The notes under the pieces: generated by a model
Seen by the model: only the letters and a program-made list of their open reading frames with translations
Database searches by the model: none
Told to the model about the DNA's origin: nothing
IMG/VR virus record: IMGVR_UViG_3300024983_000137
DNA: 64,000 nucleotides
Strand: one strand, 5' to 3'
Origin: a virus
In this document: positions 48,690 to 57,258 of the stretch, piece after piece
Layout: each line of letters opens with the position of its first letter
Numbering within the stretch: the stretch's first letter is position 1
Made by a program: the position numbers and the translations under genes

Positions 48690-48753
48690 AATAACAGTCC
48701 TTTTGGGGCGGGATTGGCAATGCCGCTCCCTATATTTACAAATATACAAACAA

Positions 48754-49236
48754 ATGGCTGATTTCAAAAACATTGATAAAAAAATAGCTAATCTGGAACG
48801 ATACATCCGGACAGAGCTGCCTACCATTATAGGCGTGGAAGGAGTTAACCATTTCAAAGAATCGTTCCAAAACGAAGGGTTCACCGATCGAAATCTACAA
48901 AAATGGCCTCAGGTAAAAAGAAGAACGGCGACATCACCCTGGTATGGGTTTAAATACGGTTCCAACAAAATATCTAACGCAGCCACCAGTAGAAAGATTC
49001 TTACGGGTGAATCAGGCGCACTGGCAGATTCCATACGATGGAAGCTATACGCAAATGGAATCCGATTTATTGCCGCCACTAAATACGCCAAGATTCAAAA
49101 TGAAGGAGGTGAGGTGAAGGTATTCGGCCGGGCAACCAAAAGAATTCCGGCAAGGAAGTTTATGGGAGATTCTGAAAAGCTTAGAAAGCGGATTGTTGAC
49201 ATAGTAATTAAGGACTTTAAACGTATAATGAAATGA
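48754..49236 (+). CDS. Virion morphogenesis protein (Mu gpG-like)
   Basis: FQNEGF...KILTGESGALADSI...YAKIQNEGG...IPARKFMG; start at ATG 48754. Confidence 0.8.
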   Translation: MADFKNIDKKIANLERYIRTELPTIIGVEGVNHFKESFQNEGFTDRNLQKWPQVKRRTATSPWYGFKYGSNKISNAATSRKILTGESGALADSIRWKLYANGIRFIAATKYAKIQNEGGEVKVFGRATKRIPARKFMGDSEKLRKRIVDIVIKDFKRIMK

Positions 49237-49718
49237 TTGTTTTAAATGAAATTTACACGGTATTAAAATCCCGTTTAAAAGAGCTTCAGGAGATAAAAAA
49301 AATTGACTGGTACAATAATCAGTATAACAACACGGAAGAGGAGAAAGCAACTCGTTATCCTGTAGTATATGTTGAATTCATTGATCCTATTTCGTGGATC
49401 CAGAACGGTGATAAGTTTCAACATGGAACTGCAACCATCCGACTACACTGTGTAGTATATGATCTGCAGGACACGCCGGTGCGCTGCATGGAGTTTGTTC
49501 AGAAGATCTACGAGCACATTAACAGTAAGAGCTTGTATGATGCTACCGATTTTCAGCTAACTACAGAGCTGGTACGCCAGGCAACAACATTTCCAAAAAG
49601 GTATAATCAGCTAAAAGTGGTGATGATGGATTTTGTCTGCGAAATATTCGACATCAGCAATATGCCGGAAGGAATAGCCGTACAGCCGGTTGAATTTATT
49701 ATCTCGACTTCCAGTTAA
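49233..49718 (+). CDS. Tail terminator/completion-like protein
   Basis: IDWYNNQY...YPVVYVEF; follows the gpG-like gene. Confidence 0.55.
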   Translation: MIVLNEIYTVLKSRLKELQEIKKIDWYNNQYNNTEEEKATRYPVVYVEFIDPISWIQNGDKFQHGTATIRLHCVVYDLQDTPVRCMEFVQKIYEHINSKSLYDATDFQLTTELVRQATTFPKRYNQLKVVMMDFVCEIFDISNMPEGIAVQPVEFIISTSS

Positions 49719-50016
49719 AGTGTGGAAATTTCTTTGACAGTTCCGGAAGTGTCGGCTTCTCATTGACAATCTGTGACAACTGATCTACACTGGCCGATAA
49801 CACTACTATAATACGAGGCGCTGTCAGATAGAATTCTTTTTCCAGATGTGCAATACAGTCGTCATATCGGTAACGGTTAATTTCCGCATGAAAATAATAA
49901 CGGTGTAACAGCGCTTCGTTGCGATCAGGTAGGAAATAATTGCGGGGCCGTTGCTTTCTTACAGCCGGCTGTTGTTCAGAGAATAAATCGGAAAATAGAG
50001 ATTGTTGCCCACGCAT
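49699..50016 (-). CDS. Candidate Mor/C-like late activator
   Basis: Last early-strand gene; LEKEFYLT..RI helix pattern; weak call. Confidence 0.4.
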   Translation of the reverse strand: MRGQQSLFSDLFSEQQPAVRKQRPRNYFLPDRNEALLHRYYFHAEINRYRYDDCIAHLEKEFYLTAPRIIVVLSASVDQLSQIVNEKPTLPELSKKFPHFNWKSR

Positions 50017-50061
50017 ATTTCCAAATTTATGGGGTTAATTTGAATTTTGCAAATGGGAATT

Positions 50062-50087
50062 AAAAAAACCGCCCAAACAGGCGGTTT
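50062..50087 (-). terminator. Rho-independent terminator
   Basis: AAAACCGCC-caaaca-GGCGGTTTT with a U-tract on the minus strand. Confidence 0.7.
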
Positions 50088-50092
50088 TAATG

Positions 50093-50326
50093 TTATTTTA
50101 CGGTCTTTTCAACCTCTTCAGCAATTTTTGCAAGGTTGATTTCGATTCCCTTTTCTTTTGCTATCTGTTGTAAAACCTGCAACTGCATACTTTGCATTAT
50201 TCGTAACCTCTTTGTATATTTAAGCATACTGTTCATCCACATGAACGCATATATCACTAAACAAAGAGAGATAATTAAAATTAGTATTCCTATATTCGAT
50301 TCCATAGTTATATTTTTAGTTTTCAC
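50093..50326 (-). CDS. Small single-TM protein
   Basis: IGILILIISLCLVIYAFMW. Confidence 0.55.
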   Translation of the reverse strand: MKTKNITMESNIGILILIISLCLVIYAFMWMNSMLKYTKRLRIMQSMQLQVLQQIAKEKGIEINLAKIAEEVEKTVK

Positions 50327-50343
50327 AAAACTAATAAAAAAAG

Positions 50344-50733
50344 TTACGAGACAACCATCTCACAAGCTCTTTGATGCCCGATAACAGATTCATCCCATGT
50401 TGAGTACCTTTCCTGATAACCGGAATGTTCACCGCCAAAAATCATCGTTTCAAACAAAATCGGAGCTTCATCTTCTTTAAACGACAGAGAATGATCAATT
50501 CCCAAAAAAACAGTTGAAACCTCAACACCCTGAATCATTGTTTTTTTTACAATCCGATTTTCTATTTTTGCATGCCATTGAGCCCATTCAATGCTATTTA
50601 CTTTTTTAGGAACTTTATTTTCTAAAATGTAATATATATTCAAATCATCTATATAGTTCATCGGTCTTACATCTATCTCTTTCCCACCGAGCATAACCTT
50701 AATAGATGCCCAATTATATTTTTTATTTTGCAT
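50344..50733 (-). CDS. Phage hypothetical protein
   Basis: VSTVFLGIDHS...LFETMIFGG...RYSTWDE, a motif I recognise from phage hypotheticals. Confidence 0.6.
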   Translation of the reverse strand: MQNKKYNWASIKVMLGGKEIDVRPMNYIDDLNIYYILENKVPKKVNSIEWAQWHAKIENRIVKKTMIQGVEVSTVFLGIDHSLSFKEDEAPILFETMIFGGEHSGYQERYSTWDESVIGHQRACEMVVS

Positions 50734-51170
50734 AACCTGAGTTCTTTTACCACGTTAATACTTTTTCTTCTACAAATTTGCAATTCCTCTTTATTCAAAT
50801 AGTAAATTTTAGGCTCATTATCTTCTTCATACATGGTAATGGCATACATATCGTTATATCCACTCCCTGAATCTATCCATGGCTTTACCAGTTCCAGAAA
50901 TTTCTCAATTTCATTTTCGTAATTTTTCAGATTTGATCGTGCAGATAAAATCCATTGGTCCGTAATTTCATCCTGCCACATCTTTATTACAGGATCACTT
51001 ACAGCAAAATAATAACTGCCATTTACCAACACATTTCGATCTTCTTCCCAAAGATAACCTTCTGGCTCTTCTTCCAAATCGCCAGCTAAATATCTTATTG
51101 TGTCTATAACATTTTGAGGCGTATTCTTTTTAAAACTTGCGCCAAATATTAGTTCCGTGTACATTCCCAT
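50673..51170 (-). CDS. Phage hypothetical protein
   Basis: MGMYTEL...NLKNYENEIEKFLE. Confidence 0.6.
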   Translation of the reverse strand: MGMYTELIFGASFKKNTPQNVIDTIRYLAGDLEEEPEGYLWEEDRNVLVNGSYYFAVSDPVIKMWQDEITDQWILSARSNLKNYENEIEKFLELVKPWIDSGSGYNDMYAITMYEEDNEPKIYYLNKEELQICRRKSINVVKELRLCKIKNIIGHLLRLCSVGKR

Positions 51171-51194
51171 TTCTTAATTTTTAATTGTTTCAAA

Positions 51195-51491
51195 TTATTG
51201 ATTTATTGGTTTCCATTTACGTTTTTGTAAGCTAATACCGTACTGTTTTACGGTGTCTGTTAATATCGTAATTTCGCTTTTTTTACTTTTTTCAAACTCG
51301 TTAATTACTTCAGCAAGTTTGCTAAGTGAATCACAAGCAGTGTTACAAACGTGGTATATATTTTTTAGTGCTTCCGTCAATTCATCTACTGTAAATCTTG
51401 TCACGATTGAAAGATGTTCTAATTCTTTATTTATTCTATCCGAATCAAATTCTGAATATCCTAATAATGTCCAATCCATATCAATATTCAA
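51195..51491 (-). CDS. Hypothetical protein, 98 aa
   Basis: ATGA-type overlap with the upstream gene. Confidence 0.5.
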   Translation of the reverse strand: MNIDMDWTLLGYSEFDSDRINKELEHLSIVTRFTVDELTEALKNIYHVCNTACDSLSKLAEVINEFEKSKKSEITILTDTVKQYGISLQKRKWKPINQ

Positions 51492-51778
51492 CTAAATTCA
51501 TAATACTTTCCAACCTGGACAATAGTCGTACTGAAAGGAAAGCTGTCTTTTGAAATCTGGTTCAGTGTGTTGATCAACACAGTAGATCCGGTAAACAATA
51601 CATGCTTCATTTCATTAAACTCTATTTGAATCTGCGCATATTCTCCTTTGATTTTAGATGGAGAAATAATGTAGGCATGAACAATTATTTCCTTGTTTAA
51701 AATCCAGTTTATCTGAACTTTGTTACCGATGAAATGATTAGTTTCATTTCTTATTCCGAGATCACTGAACTTCTTCAT
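51488..51778 (-). CDS. 96-aa protein coupled to the RT (candidate DGR accessory)
   Basis: Start overlaps the RT 3' end by 17 nt; beta-rich; LFTGSTVLI...FPFSTTI. Confidence 0.6.
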   Translation of the reverse strand: MKKFSDLGIRNETNHFIGNKVQINWILNKEIIVHAYIISPSKIKGEYAQIQIEFNEMKHVLFTGSTVLINTLNQISKDSFPFSTTIVQVGKYYEFS

Positions 51779-52727
51779 ATACCTTTAATTTTTTGATTAG
51801 ATTTTTTGTGTCGGCATGCTTTGCCCAACCCATATACCCGGCAATAGATGCTTTGTTTTTTCGTTTCTTGAGCATCCGTGCAAAATTCTTTTTAATGCTC
51901 TTCCGGAGTAAGATGTGCGTGTGGTAGAATTTATAGCCTATAAAATCAATGCCGCGGGATGCAACGGGAAATACCTGGTAATTATCCTTTACCTGTAAGT
52001 TCAGCTCTTCGTTTAAATACCGTTTAATGGCTGCTAAAATACCGTGTAAAAAAGGTTTATTATCAGAGAGGATCACAATATCATCTGCATATCTGAAGTA
52101 GTATTTCACCTTCAGCTCTTCTTTGATCCAGTGATCAAAATAACACAGGTAGAAGTTTGCAAAATACTGACTAAGATAATTTCCAATAGGAATACCCGGT
52201 GCGCTGGCAATAATCTCATCCAACGACCATAACAGATCCTTGTCTTTTATTTTTCGACGAAGAAGCTCTTTTAAAATGTCATGATCCACGCTCGGATAAA
52301 ACTTCTTAATATCCAGCTTCAGACAGTAACGTGTACCTTCTTTATCCTTCAGGGACTTTTTGAGCCTCCGGAAAGCTGCGCCTATTCCCATACCTTTAAT
52401 ACAGGAATACGTATCGCTTGTGAATGTGGAGACAAATAATGGTTCCAGGATATTCATAATAGCGTGGTGGACGATGCGGTCAGGATAATAAGGAAGGCTA
52501 TAAACAAGACGCTCTTTTGGTTCAAAAACTGAAAACGTTGAATAAGCGGATGTTTTATAGCCTTTTTCCTGCAGTAATTTATGCAACAGTAAAATGTTCT
52601 CCTCACGATGCAGATCATGGGCTTTTACACCGTATTGTTTTGACTTACCCTTTCTTGCTTTTTGATCTGCCAGGATAAGGTTTTCAATACTGATCACTTG
52701 TTGAAATAAATTACCTTTTCTTTTCAT
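51762..52727 (-). CDS. DGR reverse transcriptase
   Basis: PDRIVHHA, LKLDIKKFYPSVDH, GIPIGNYLSQ (DGR-type GxxxSQ), RYADD; adjacent TR/VR pairs. Confidence 0.93.
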   Translation of the reverse strand: MKRKGNLFQQVISIENLILADQKARKGKSKQYGVKAHDLHREENILLLHKLLQEKGYKTSAYSTFSVFEPKERLVYSLPYYPDRIVHHAIMNILEPLFVSTFTSDTYSCIKGMGIGAAFRRLKKSLKDKEGTRYCLKLDIKKFYPSVDHDILKELLRRKIKDKDLLWSLDEIIASAPGIPIGNYLSQYFANFYLCYFDHWIKEELKVKYYFRYADDIVILSDNKPFLHGILAAIKRYLNEELNLQVKDNYQVFPVASRGIDFIGYKFYHTHILLRKSIKKNFARMLKKRKNKASIAGYMGWAKHADTKNLIKKLKVYEEVQ

Positions 52728-52824
52728 CTCCTTTGTTTTTCGGTCATCTTCGGAAATCCTACCAATGCCCTTTTGTAAACTTTATCTTTTGCACTGTTGG
52801 CAAGGTCTATGATGCAATTTCAAA

Positions 52825-52892
52825 GTTGTGGGCTGAGAACCGAGTTCGTGTTCGTGTTCGTGTAATTCGAATCGTTGAACTGGAAACCTGAA
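52825..52892 (-). repeat. DGR template repeat (TR), 68 bp
   Basis: Minus strand TTCAGGTTTCCAGTTCAACGATTCGAATTACACGAACACGAACACGAACTCGGTTCTCAGCCCACAAC, 21 A, rich in AAC/AAT codons. Confidence 0.93.
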
Positions 52893-52935
52893 CAACGAAC
52901 CACCGGCTACAGCTACATCATACAACCTGATTGTT

Positions 52936-53310
52936 TTATTTTTTCGGATTGTAAAGCTCCTTAAAGATCGGAGCTGTCAACTCCGCGAATTGTTTCGATT
53001 TCGCGGTTGTCTGTTGGGAATGGAGTGGGCCGAGAACCGAGCCCGTGTTCGTGTCCGCGTAATCCGAATCGTCGAACCGGAAACCCGAAGGATTATTAAC
53101 CCAGAACCAGGACTCATATTTATCTTGTGATCGATCGTCATAATCAGGTTCCCAACCATCCCGAACAGCATCGCTGATCACTAACGATTCAAATACTTTC
53201 TCCAGGATTGGAACATACTGTTCCGGGATTCCCGTAATGACAGGTTTTGTGTTGGGAGCGATATTCATTTTCTCGAATGCCTGCTCTACCGTGTTAATCG
53301 TTTTTGACAT
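52936..53310 (-). CDS. DGR target protein 1, 124 aa
   Basis: Contains VR1; WEPDYDDRSQDKYESWF motif. Confidence 0.88.
   Translation of the reverse strand: MSKTINTVEQAFEKMNIAPNTKPVITGIPEQYVPILEKVFESLVISDAVRDGWEPDYDDRSQDKYESWFWVNNPSGFRFDDSDYADTNTGSVLGPLHSQQTTAKSKQFAELTAPIFKELYNPKK
53022..53089 (-). repeat. Variable repeat VR1
   Basis: 11 mismatches to TR in 68 bp, all at TR adenines (9 to G, 1 to T, 1 to C). Confidence 0.93.
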
Positions 53311-53311
53311 A

Positions 53312-53794
53312 TTACTTCTTTTTTAGAATGATTACATTTTTAAATTCACCTTCAAAGGTTCTTCCTACATAGTCAGTCACTTCCTCTGATGGAAGCCAAA
53401 GGAGTGGGCCGAGAACCGAGCGCGTGTGCGCGTTCGAGTAATCCGAACCGAGGAACCGGAAACCCGAAGGATTAGCGGGTGAAATTTCTAAATCAAACCA
53501 AGGAAACCATTTGCGCTGATTAGTGTTATTAGGATCTAATTCCTCAGCTTCTTTTTGAAACAGCTCACAGATCAGCAATACTCTGTCAAGTGCCTGACGT
53601 GCTGCAATCCGTGGATTATCGCTGGTGATCTCATAGTCCTTTGGATCCTGCGACATTTCCTTACATACTTCCTCAAAGGTTTTAATTCTACCTACTAAAG
53701 GCAGTGACTTTGGTTTGAACTTAATGACACCTGATTCAGTGTTAAAACTATCTACCTGAAAGCCTTCAGGGATTTGAATTTTTAATTGTTCCAT
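53312..53794 (-). CDS. DGR target protein 2, 160 aa (paralogue of target 1)
   Basis: Contains VR2; DPNNTNQRKWFPWF motif. Confidence 0.88.
   Translation of the reverse strand: MEQLKIQIPEGFQVDSFNTESGVIKFKPKSLPLVGRIKTFEEVCKEMSQDPKDYEITSDNPRIAARQALDRVLLICELFQKEAEELDPNNTNQRKWFPWFDLEISPANPSGFRFLGSDYSNAHTRSVLGPLLWLPSEEVTDYVGRTFEGEFKNVIILKKK
53401..53468 (-). repeat. Variable repeat VR2
   Basis: 14 mismatches to TR in 68 bp, all at TR adenines. Confidence 0.93.
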
Positions 53795-53803
53795 ATTATT
53801 GAT

Positions 53804-53971
53804 TTATTGGTTACTATTATTTTCTTTCATTGCGATTACAAACAATGCGTAAATCGCAAAATAGATCGTACCTGCTCCTAACTTCAGGTAGAGGTCAACC
53901 GGTGCAGCTCCGATGGCGAAAAAGGCCATAAAGAAAGCACCGGAGATAAAAAGATTAAAAAGGGTTTTCAT
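53804..53971 (-). CDS. 55-aa two-TM membrane protein (absent from the ORF track)
   Basis: MKTLFNLFISGAFFMAFFAIGAAPVDLYLKLGAGTIYFAIYALFVIAMKENNSNQ; fills the gap between flanking genes. Confidence 0.6.
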   Translation of the reverse strand: MKTLFNLFISGAFFMAFFAIGAAPVDLYLKLGAGTIYFAIYALFVIAMKENNSNQ

Positions 53972-53972
53972 A

Positions 53973-54392
53973 TCAATTATTCCAGATTTGTTGATTCAAA
54001 TAAGTTTCTGCGTTTTTCTTCGCAAAACCTGTCTGTGCCAAATGCTGATTGTACTTTGGTATAAAGGCGATTGCCTTTGCTTTCTCAATATCCGAAAGTG
54101 AATCCCAGATAGCTTTTGCCCGTTGCTTCTTCCCGAACTTCTGATCATATAGCTCGTAGAAGCGTTCGAAGCTCAAGTCTTCGGCAATCTGACGGATAAT
54201 AACATTACGCATTTTGCTCTGCTGCCAGCTTTCAATATTCTTAGTATTGAAAGGAAATTTTGAAGCCAGAAAACAGTAATGTTCAGATTCAAATACTCCG
54301 GGAGTTAACTCGTACTTTATAAGTAATCCTTCGGAATTATATTCAAACAATGCACTGGCCTTTTGAGACGGGAAATCAATTAAGTATTTCAT
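53973..54392 (-). CDS. Phage hypothetical protein
   Basis: SFERFYELYDQK...AETYLNQQIW C-terminus. Confidence 0.6.
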   Translation of the reverse strand: MKYLIDFPSQKASALFEYNSEGLLIKYELTPGVFESEHYCFLASKFPFNTKNIESWQQSKMRNVIIRQIAEDLSFERFYELYDQKFGKKQRAKAIWDSLSDIEKAKAIAFIPKYNQHLAQTGFAKKNAETYLNQQIWNN

Positions 54393-54396
54393 AATT

Positions 54397-54705
54397 TTAG
54401 ATATAAGACAAACAAAACTTATCGATCTGCAAGTAGAGCTGTAGGATTACCGATTTTGAATAGGTATCAGGAAGTTCTACCTGTGGAAGGATCACATTCA
54501 GCACTAACAGTTCCGGTATAGATAGCTTAATAGAGAATTTGTCCTGAAGGGAAAACTGCTTATTCATTAACCGTTTCACCAACTCCCTGATCACTGCTCC
54601 GGAAAGGCGGGATTCAAGCTTCGTGTTGAATCGAAAAGAACCTGCATGATCTACAATGTAAGACTGTAGGACCATTAGTTCACTTTTATTGATTTTGATA
54701 TTCAT
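54397..54705 (-). CDS. Hypothetical protein
   Basis: In the early operon with overlapping stop/start. Confidence 0.55.
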   Translation of the reverse strand: MNIKINKSELMVLQSYIVDHAGSFRFNTKLESRLSGAVIRELVKRLMNKQFSLQDKFSIKLSIPELLVLNVILPQVELPDTYSKSVILQLYLQIDKFCLSYI

Positions 54706-55127
54706 ATTCGGTCAATGTGGGATTTATAAAACTTCTCCGCCTGTGTTACAAGGCGTGGTATTTCGTTAAGAGAATACTGGTTAAATGGCTTATGCAGATA
54801 GCCGTGAGAAAGTACCCAGGAATAGATCCGTGGCATATCTGCTTTGTCATTCTTAACATAACCGATCTTACACAGCAGCGCTATGATCTTTCGGCGCTGT
54901 TTGGTCAGCTGATCAACTGCGTGTTGCTTTCCGGAGGCTCTTGCTCCGGCAGATGTAAACGATTTGTTTAGCCAAATGATCAGCGCACTGTATTCTGCTG
55001 AGCTCAGTTCACGAAGGCCGCTTTTACGGCCATCAGTGAACTGCTGTATCACTTCAGTGCGATCAACGTCATAACCTTGCGCCTGAAGCGTTTTTTCAAT
55101 TGCGAAATAGGTAGAAAAGTCTGTCAT
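54702..55127 (-). CDS. GemA/gp16-like protein
   Basis: QRRKIIALLCKIG...LNEIPRLVTQ; early region of a Mu-like phage. Confidence 0.55.
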   Translation of the reverse strand: MTDFSTYFAIEKTLQAQGYDVDRTEVIQQFTDGRKSGLRELSSAEYSALIIWLNKSFTSAGARASGKQHAVDQLTKQRRKIIALLCKIGYVKNDKADMPRIYSWVLSHGYLHKPFNQYSLNEIPRLVTQAEKFYKSHIDRI

Positions 55128-55369
55128 CCTAACAAGTTTTGATTGGTAACGCCTTTGAAAAGTTGTGAATCAGAACCAGTCGCGCCGACAGCTTCGAGGA
55201 ATTCGATTTCAGCACGTGCGGTGTCCACAATCGCTGAACTTAGTTCTGAAATTGCCTTAGCTTTCTTCAGCTCTTCCTGGAGCTTATCTCCTGAAATGTC
55301 TTCATCACTCAATCTTTCGATTGCTGCAAAAAGATGATCTCGGAGATCTTCTATTTTATTTCTTGCCAT
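55124..55369 (-). CDS. Conserved phage protein paired with the HNH gene
   Basis: DLRDHLFAAIERL...AKAISELSSAIVDTA. Confidence 0.6.
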   Translation of the reverse strand: MARNKIEDLRDHLFAAIERLSDEDISGDKLQEELKKAKAISELSSAIVDTARAEIEFLEAVGATGSDSQLFKGVTNQNLLG

Positions 55370-55991
55370 TTTCTTTGATTTTTTTGTTTAACTTATTTTT
55401 CAGCTTAATTACCTGTTGAAGCTCCGGAGGAAGATCTGTAATCCTGTTTCTGTCCATTGCTTCCTTATCAGTGATTAATTCAAGATTTGACAGATCACAA
55501 TTTGTAGTGTCCTTATCCTTAAACCAGATTCGATAACCTTCAGGGATTAATCCATTTTTTTGCTGCCAAACGTGACGGTGTAATAACTGCCATTGATTAG
55601 GTTCTGCTATTTTAATTTTCAGATAACCACCTTTTATTGAAACTATATCCCCAACATTAGCGGAATTATGCGGTATATTTCCTTTGGGAAAATATGTGTG
55701 GCGACATTTGTCTTTTATTTCAGGCGGAATTTTTCGACCTTTATAATATGGAGGATCGCCCTTCTTAAATCGTGTTTTTATACCAGATTTTGGCAAATGA
55801 GCTGATGTCTCCTTCAGCATTCTTTCTATGAATTCAGGCGTTTTTTTTAACCCCAACTTATGAGCCTGCTTTACAACCGACGAATAAGATCTTGCCAGTT
55901 TTTCACCAACGGTTCTGGTATAGCTGTTTGGAAATAGATCTATCAAAACAAGGTTATCCTCTTGGGTCCACAATCTTCTGCTCATAATCAA
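55356..55991 (-). CDS. HNH endonuclease-family protein
   Basis: LHRHVWQQKNGLIPEG...FKDKDTTNCDLSNL. Confidence 0.75.
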   Translation of the reverse strand: MIMSRRLWTQEDNLVLIDLFPNSYTRTVGEKLARSYSSVVKQAHKLGLKKTPEFIERMLKETSAHLPKSGIKTRFKKGDPPYYKGRKIPPEIKDKCRHTYFPKGNIPHNSANVGDIVSIKGGYLKIKIAEPNQWQLLHRHVWQQKNGLIPEGYRIWFKDKDTTNCDLSNLELITDKEAMDRNRITDLPPELQQVIKLKNKLNKKIKENGKK

Positions 55992-56057
55992 GAATTTTTG
56001 ATTTCACATATTCGGAGATAGAGGGCAACATTAAAGTGCCCTCTACGTCTCCACCAG

Positions 56058-56348
56058 TTAATTTGTGTGGTTATTGTTGGGAACATTTCTTTGAGATTTA
56101 TCCTTAACAACAGACACCAGCTTCAGCTTCAGATCCTGATTGATTTTATGAGCCGCATTATCGCGACTGTAGGCCATAACAGTGGTTGTAAACTGACGAA
56201 TCGGTTTGCCTTCATACGTCAGAGCAACAGTGCCTTTGTACTGTTTTTTTCCAGATTGTTTAACCCTTTCGGATATTGGAGCTTTAGCGGTGCGTAACGG
56301 CTTCAGTTTTGGCTCTTTTTTATTTTTGAAAAAATCGAATAGTCCCAT
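56058..56348 (-). CDS. Basic hypothetical protein, 96 aa
   Basis: Start moved to MGLFDFF at 56348, just after the upstream stop. Confidence 0.55.
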   Translation of the reverse strand: MGLFDFFKNKKEPKLKPLRTAKAPISERVKQSGKKQYKGTVALTYEGKPIRQFTTTVMAYSRDNAAHKINQDLKLKLVSVVKDKSQRNVPNNNHTN

Positions 56349-56352
56349 TTTA

Positions 56353-57039
56353 TTATTGATTATTTGGTTTGAAAAAATCGAATTTGAAGTCCGCTGGAAA
56401 AGGAACTGTAGAAAGTGCCAGCGGGATTGTTTTCTTAATGCCGTTATCGTTGTAATAAGCTTCGATAAACCAACTTGATTGTTGCGGCTTATAAGCATCA
56501 AGAATGATTCTTACACCGTCGATGAATTCTTCATTACCTGATTCATTTGCCATTTCCTGTAACTCAATAATTCGCGACTGTTTTAAATTCCCTTTATCAT
56601 CCTTCTTTAGCAGCTTAAAGATTCCATTTACCAGGTAACGACTGTCATCATCTTTAGCTAAAGACTCCAAATAAGTGTTTACTTTAGTGATTCCTGCCGT
56701 ATAGCTGTCATCCCAACCATCAACGATTCTAAAGCCAATTTGAATAGATTTACCATCAGTAGAAGTGAAGGTGTGCGATTGCTGTTCCTCTACTACTCCG
56801 TATGCCTCCGCTTTCATTTTAATGATATCCCGGAACGAGTTAAATATATTTGCTTTAGCTTCGGACAAGCCTTTAGAAATAGCAAGTAACTCGTCCACCA
56901 TGCCAGGAACAAGATCATTCACTAATCCTTTGTATGTACTCCGCAAGCCTTTTTGAGCGGATTCACGACGCTCTAATTCTTTACGCAATTCTGAGGCGCT
57001 TAATGTTGATAAATCAACTTGTTTTGTCTGTTTTTCCAT
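56353..57039 (-). CDS. DUF3164-like protein (Gam-like position)
   Basis: QQSHTFTSTDG...IGFRIVDGWDD; typical of Bacteroidota transposable phages. Confidence 0.65.
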   Translation of the reverse strand: MEKQTKQVDLSTLSASELRKELERRESAQKGLRSTYKGLVNDLVPGMVDELLAISKGLSEAKANIFNSFRDIIKMKAEAYGVVEEQQSHTFTSTDGKSIQIGFRIVDGWDDSYTAGITKVNTYLESLAKDDDSRYLVNGIFKLLKKDDKGNLKQSRIIELQEMANESGNEEFIDGVRIILDAYKPQQSSWFIEAYYNDNGIKKTIPLALSTVPFPADFKFDFFKPNNQ

Positions 57040-57258
57040 CTATCTATTATTTAAGAGATTATTAATACTTACTGTTTCCATCACCGCGCGATTCTTTCCG
57101 TAATTATCGCGTCTTGATTTGGCGATCATTACATCTGTGGCGAGGCTGTTTCTTTTTTGAATATTATCGAACGTCGGATTATCCAAACATTCTTTGTATG
57201 CCTCATCGTAGGCTTCCTGTAGTTTTTCAACTCGCTTTCTTAAGTCGTCTGTGTACAT
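57040..57258 (-). CDS. Hypothetical protein
   Basis: 72-aa ORF in the operon. Confidence 0.5.
   Translation of the reverse strand: MYTDDLRKRVEKLQEAYDEAYKECLDNPTFDNIQKRNSLATDVMIAKSRRDNYGKNRAVMETVSINNLLNNR

Noticed and set aside
51762-52727. RT as a retron partner of the PtuAB-like genes, or as a group II intron
   Set aside because: It lies inside the prophage, has a DGR-type GNYLSQ motif, no maturase/endonuclease extension, and an adjacent TR with two A-specific VRs. A separate retron RT beyond 64000 cannot be excluded.
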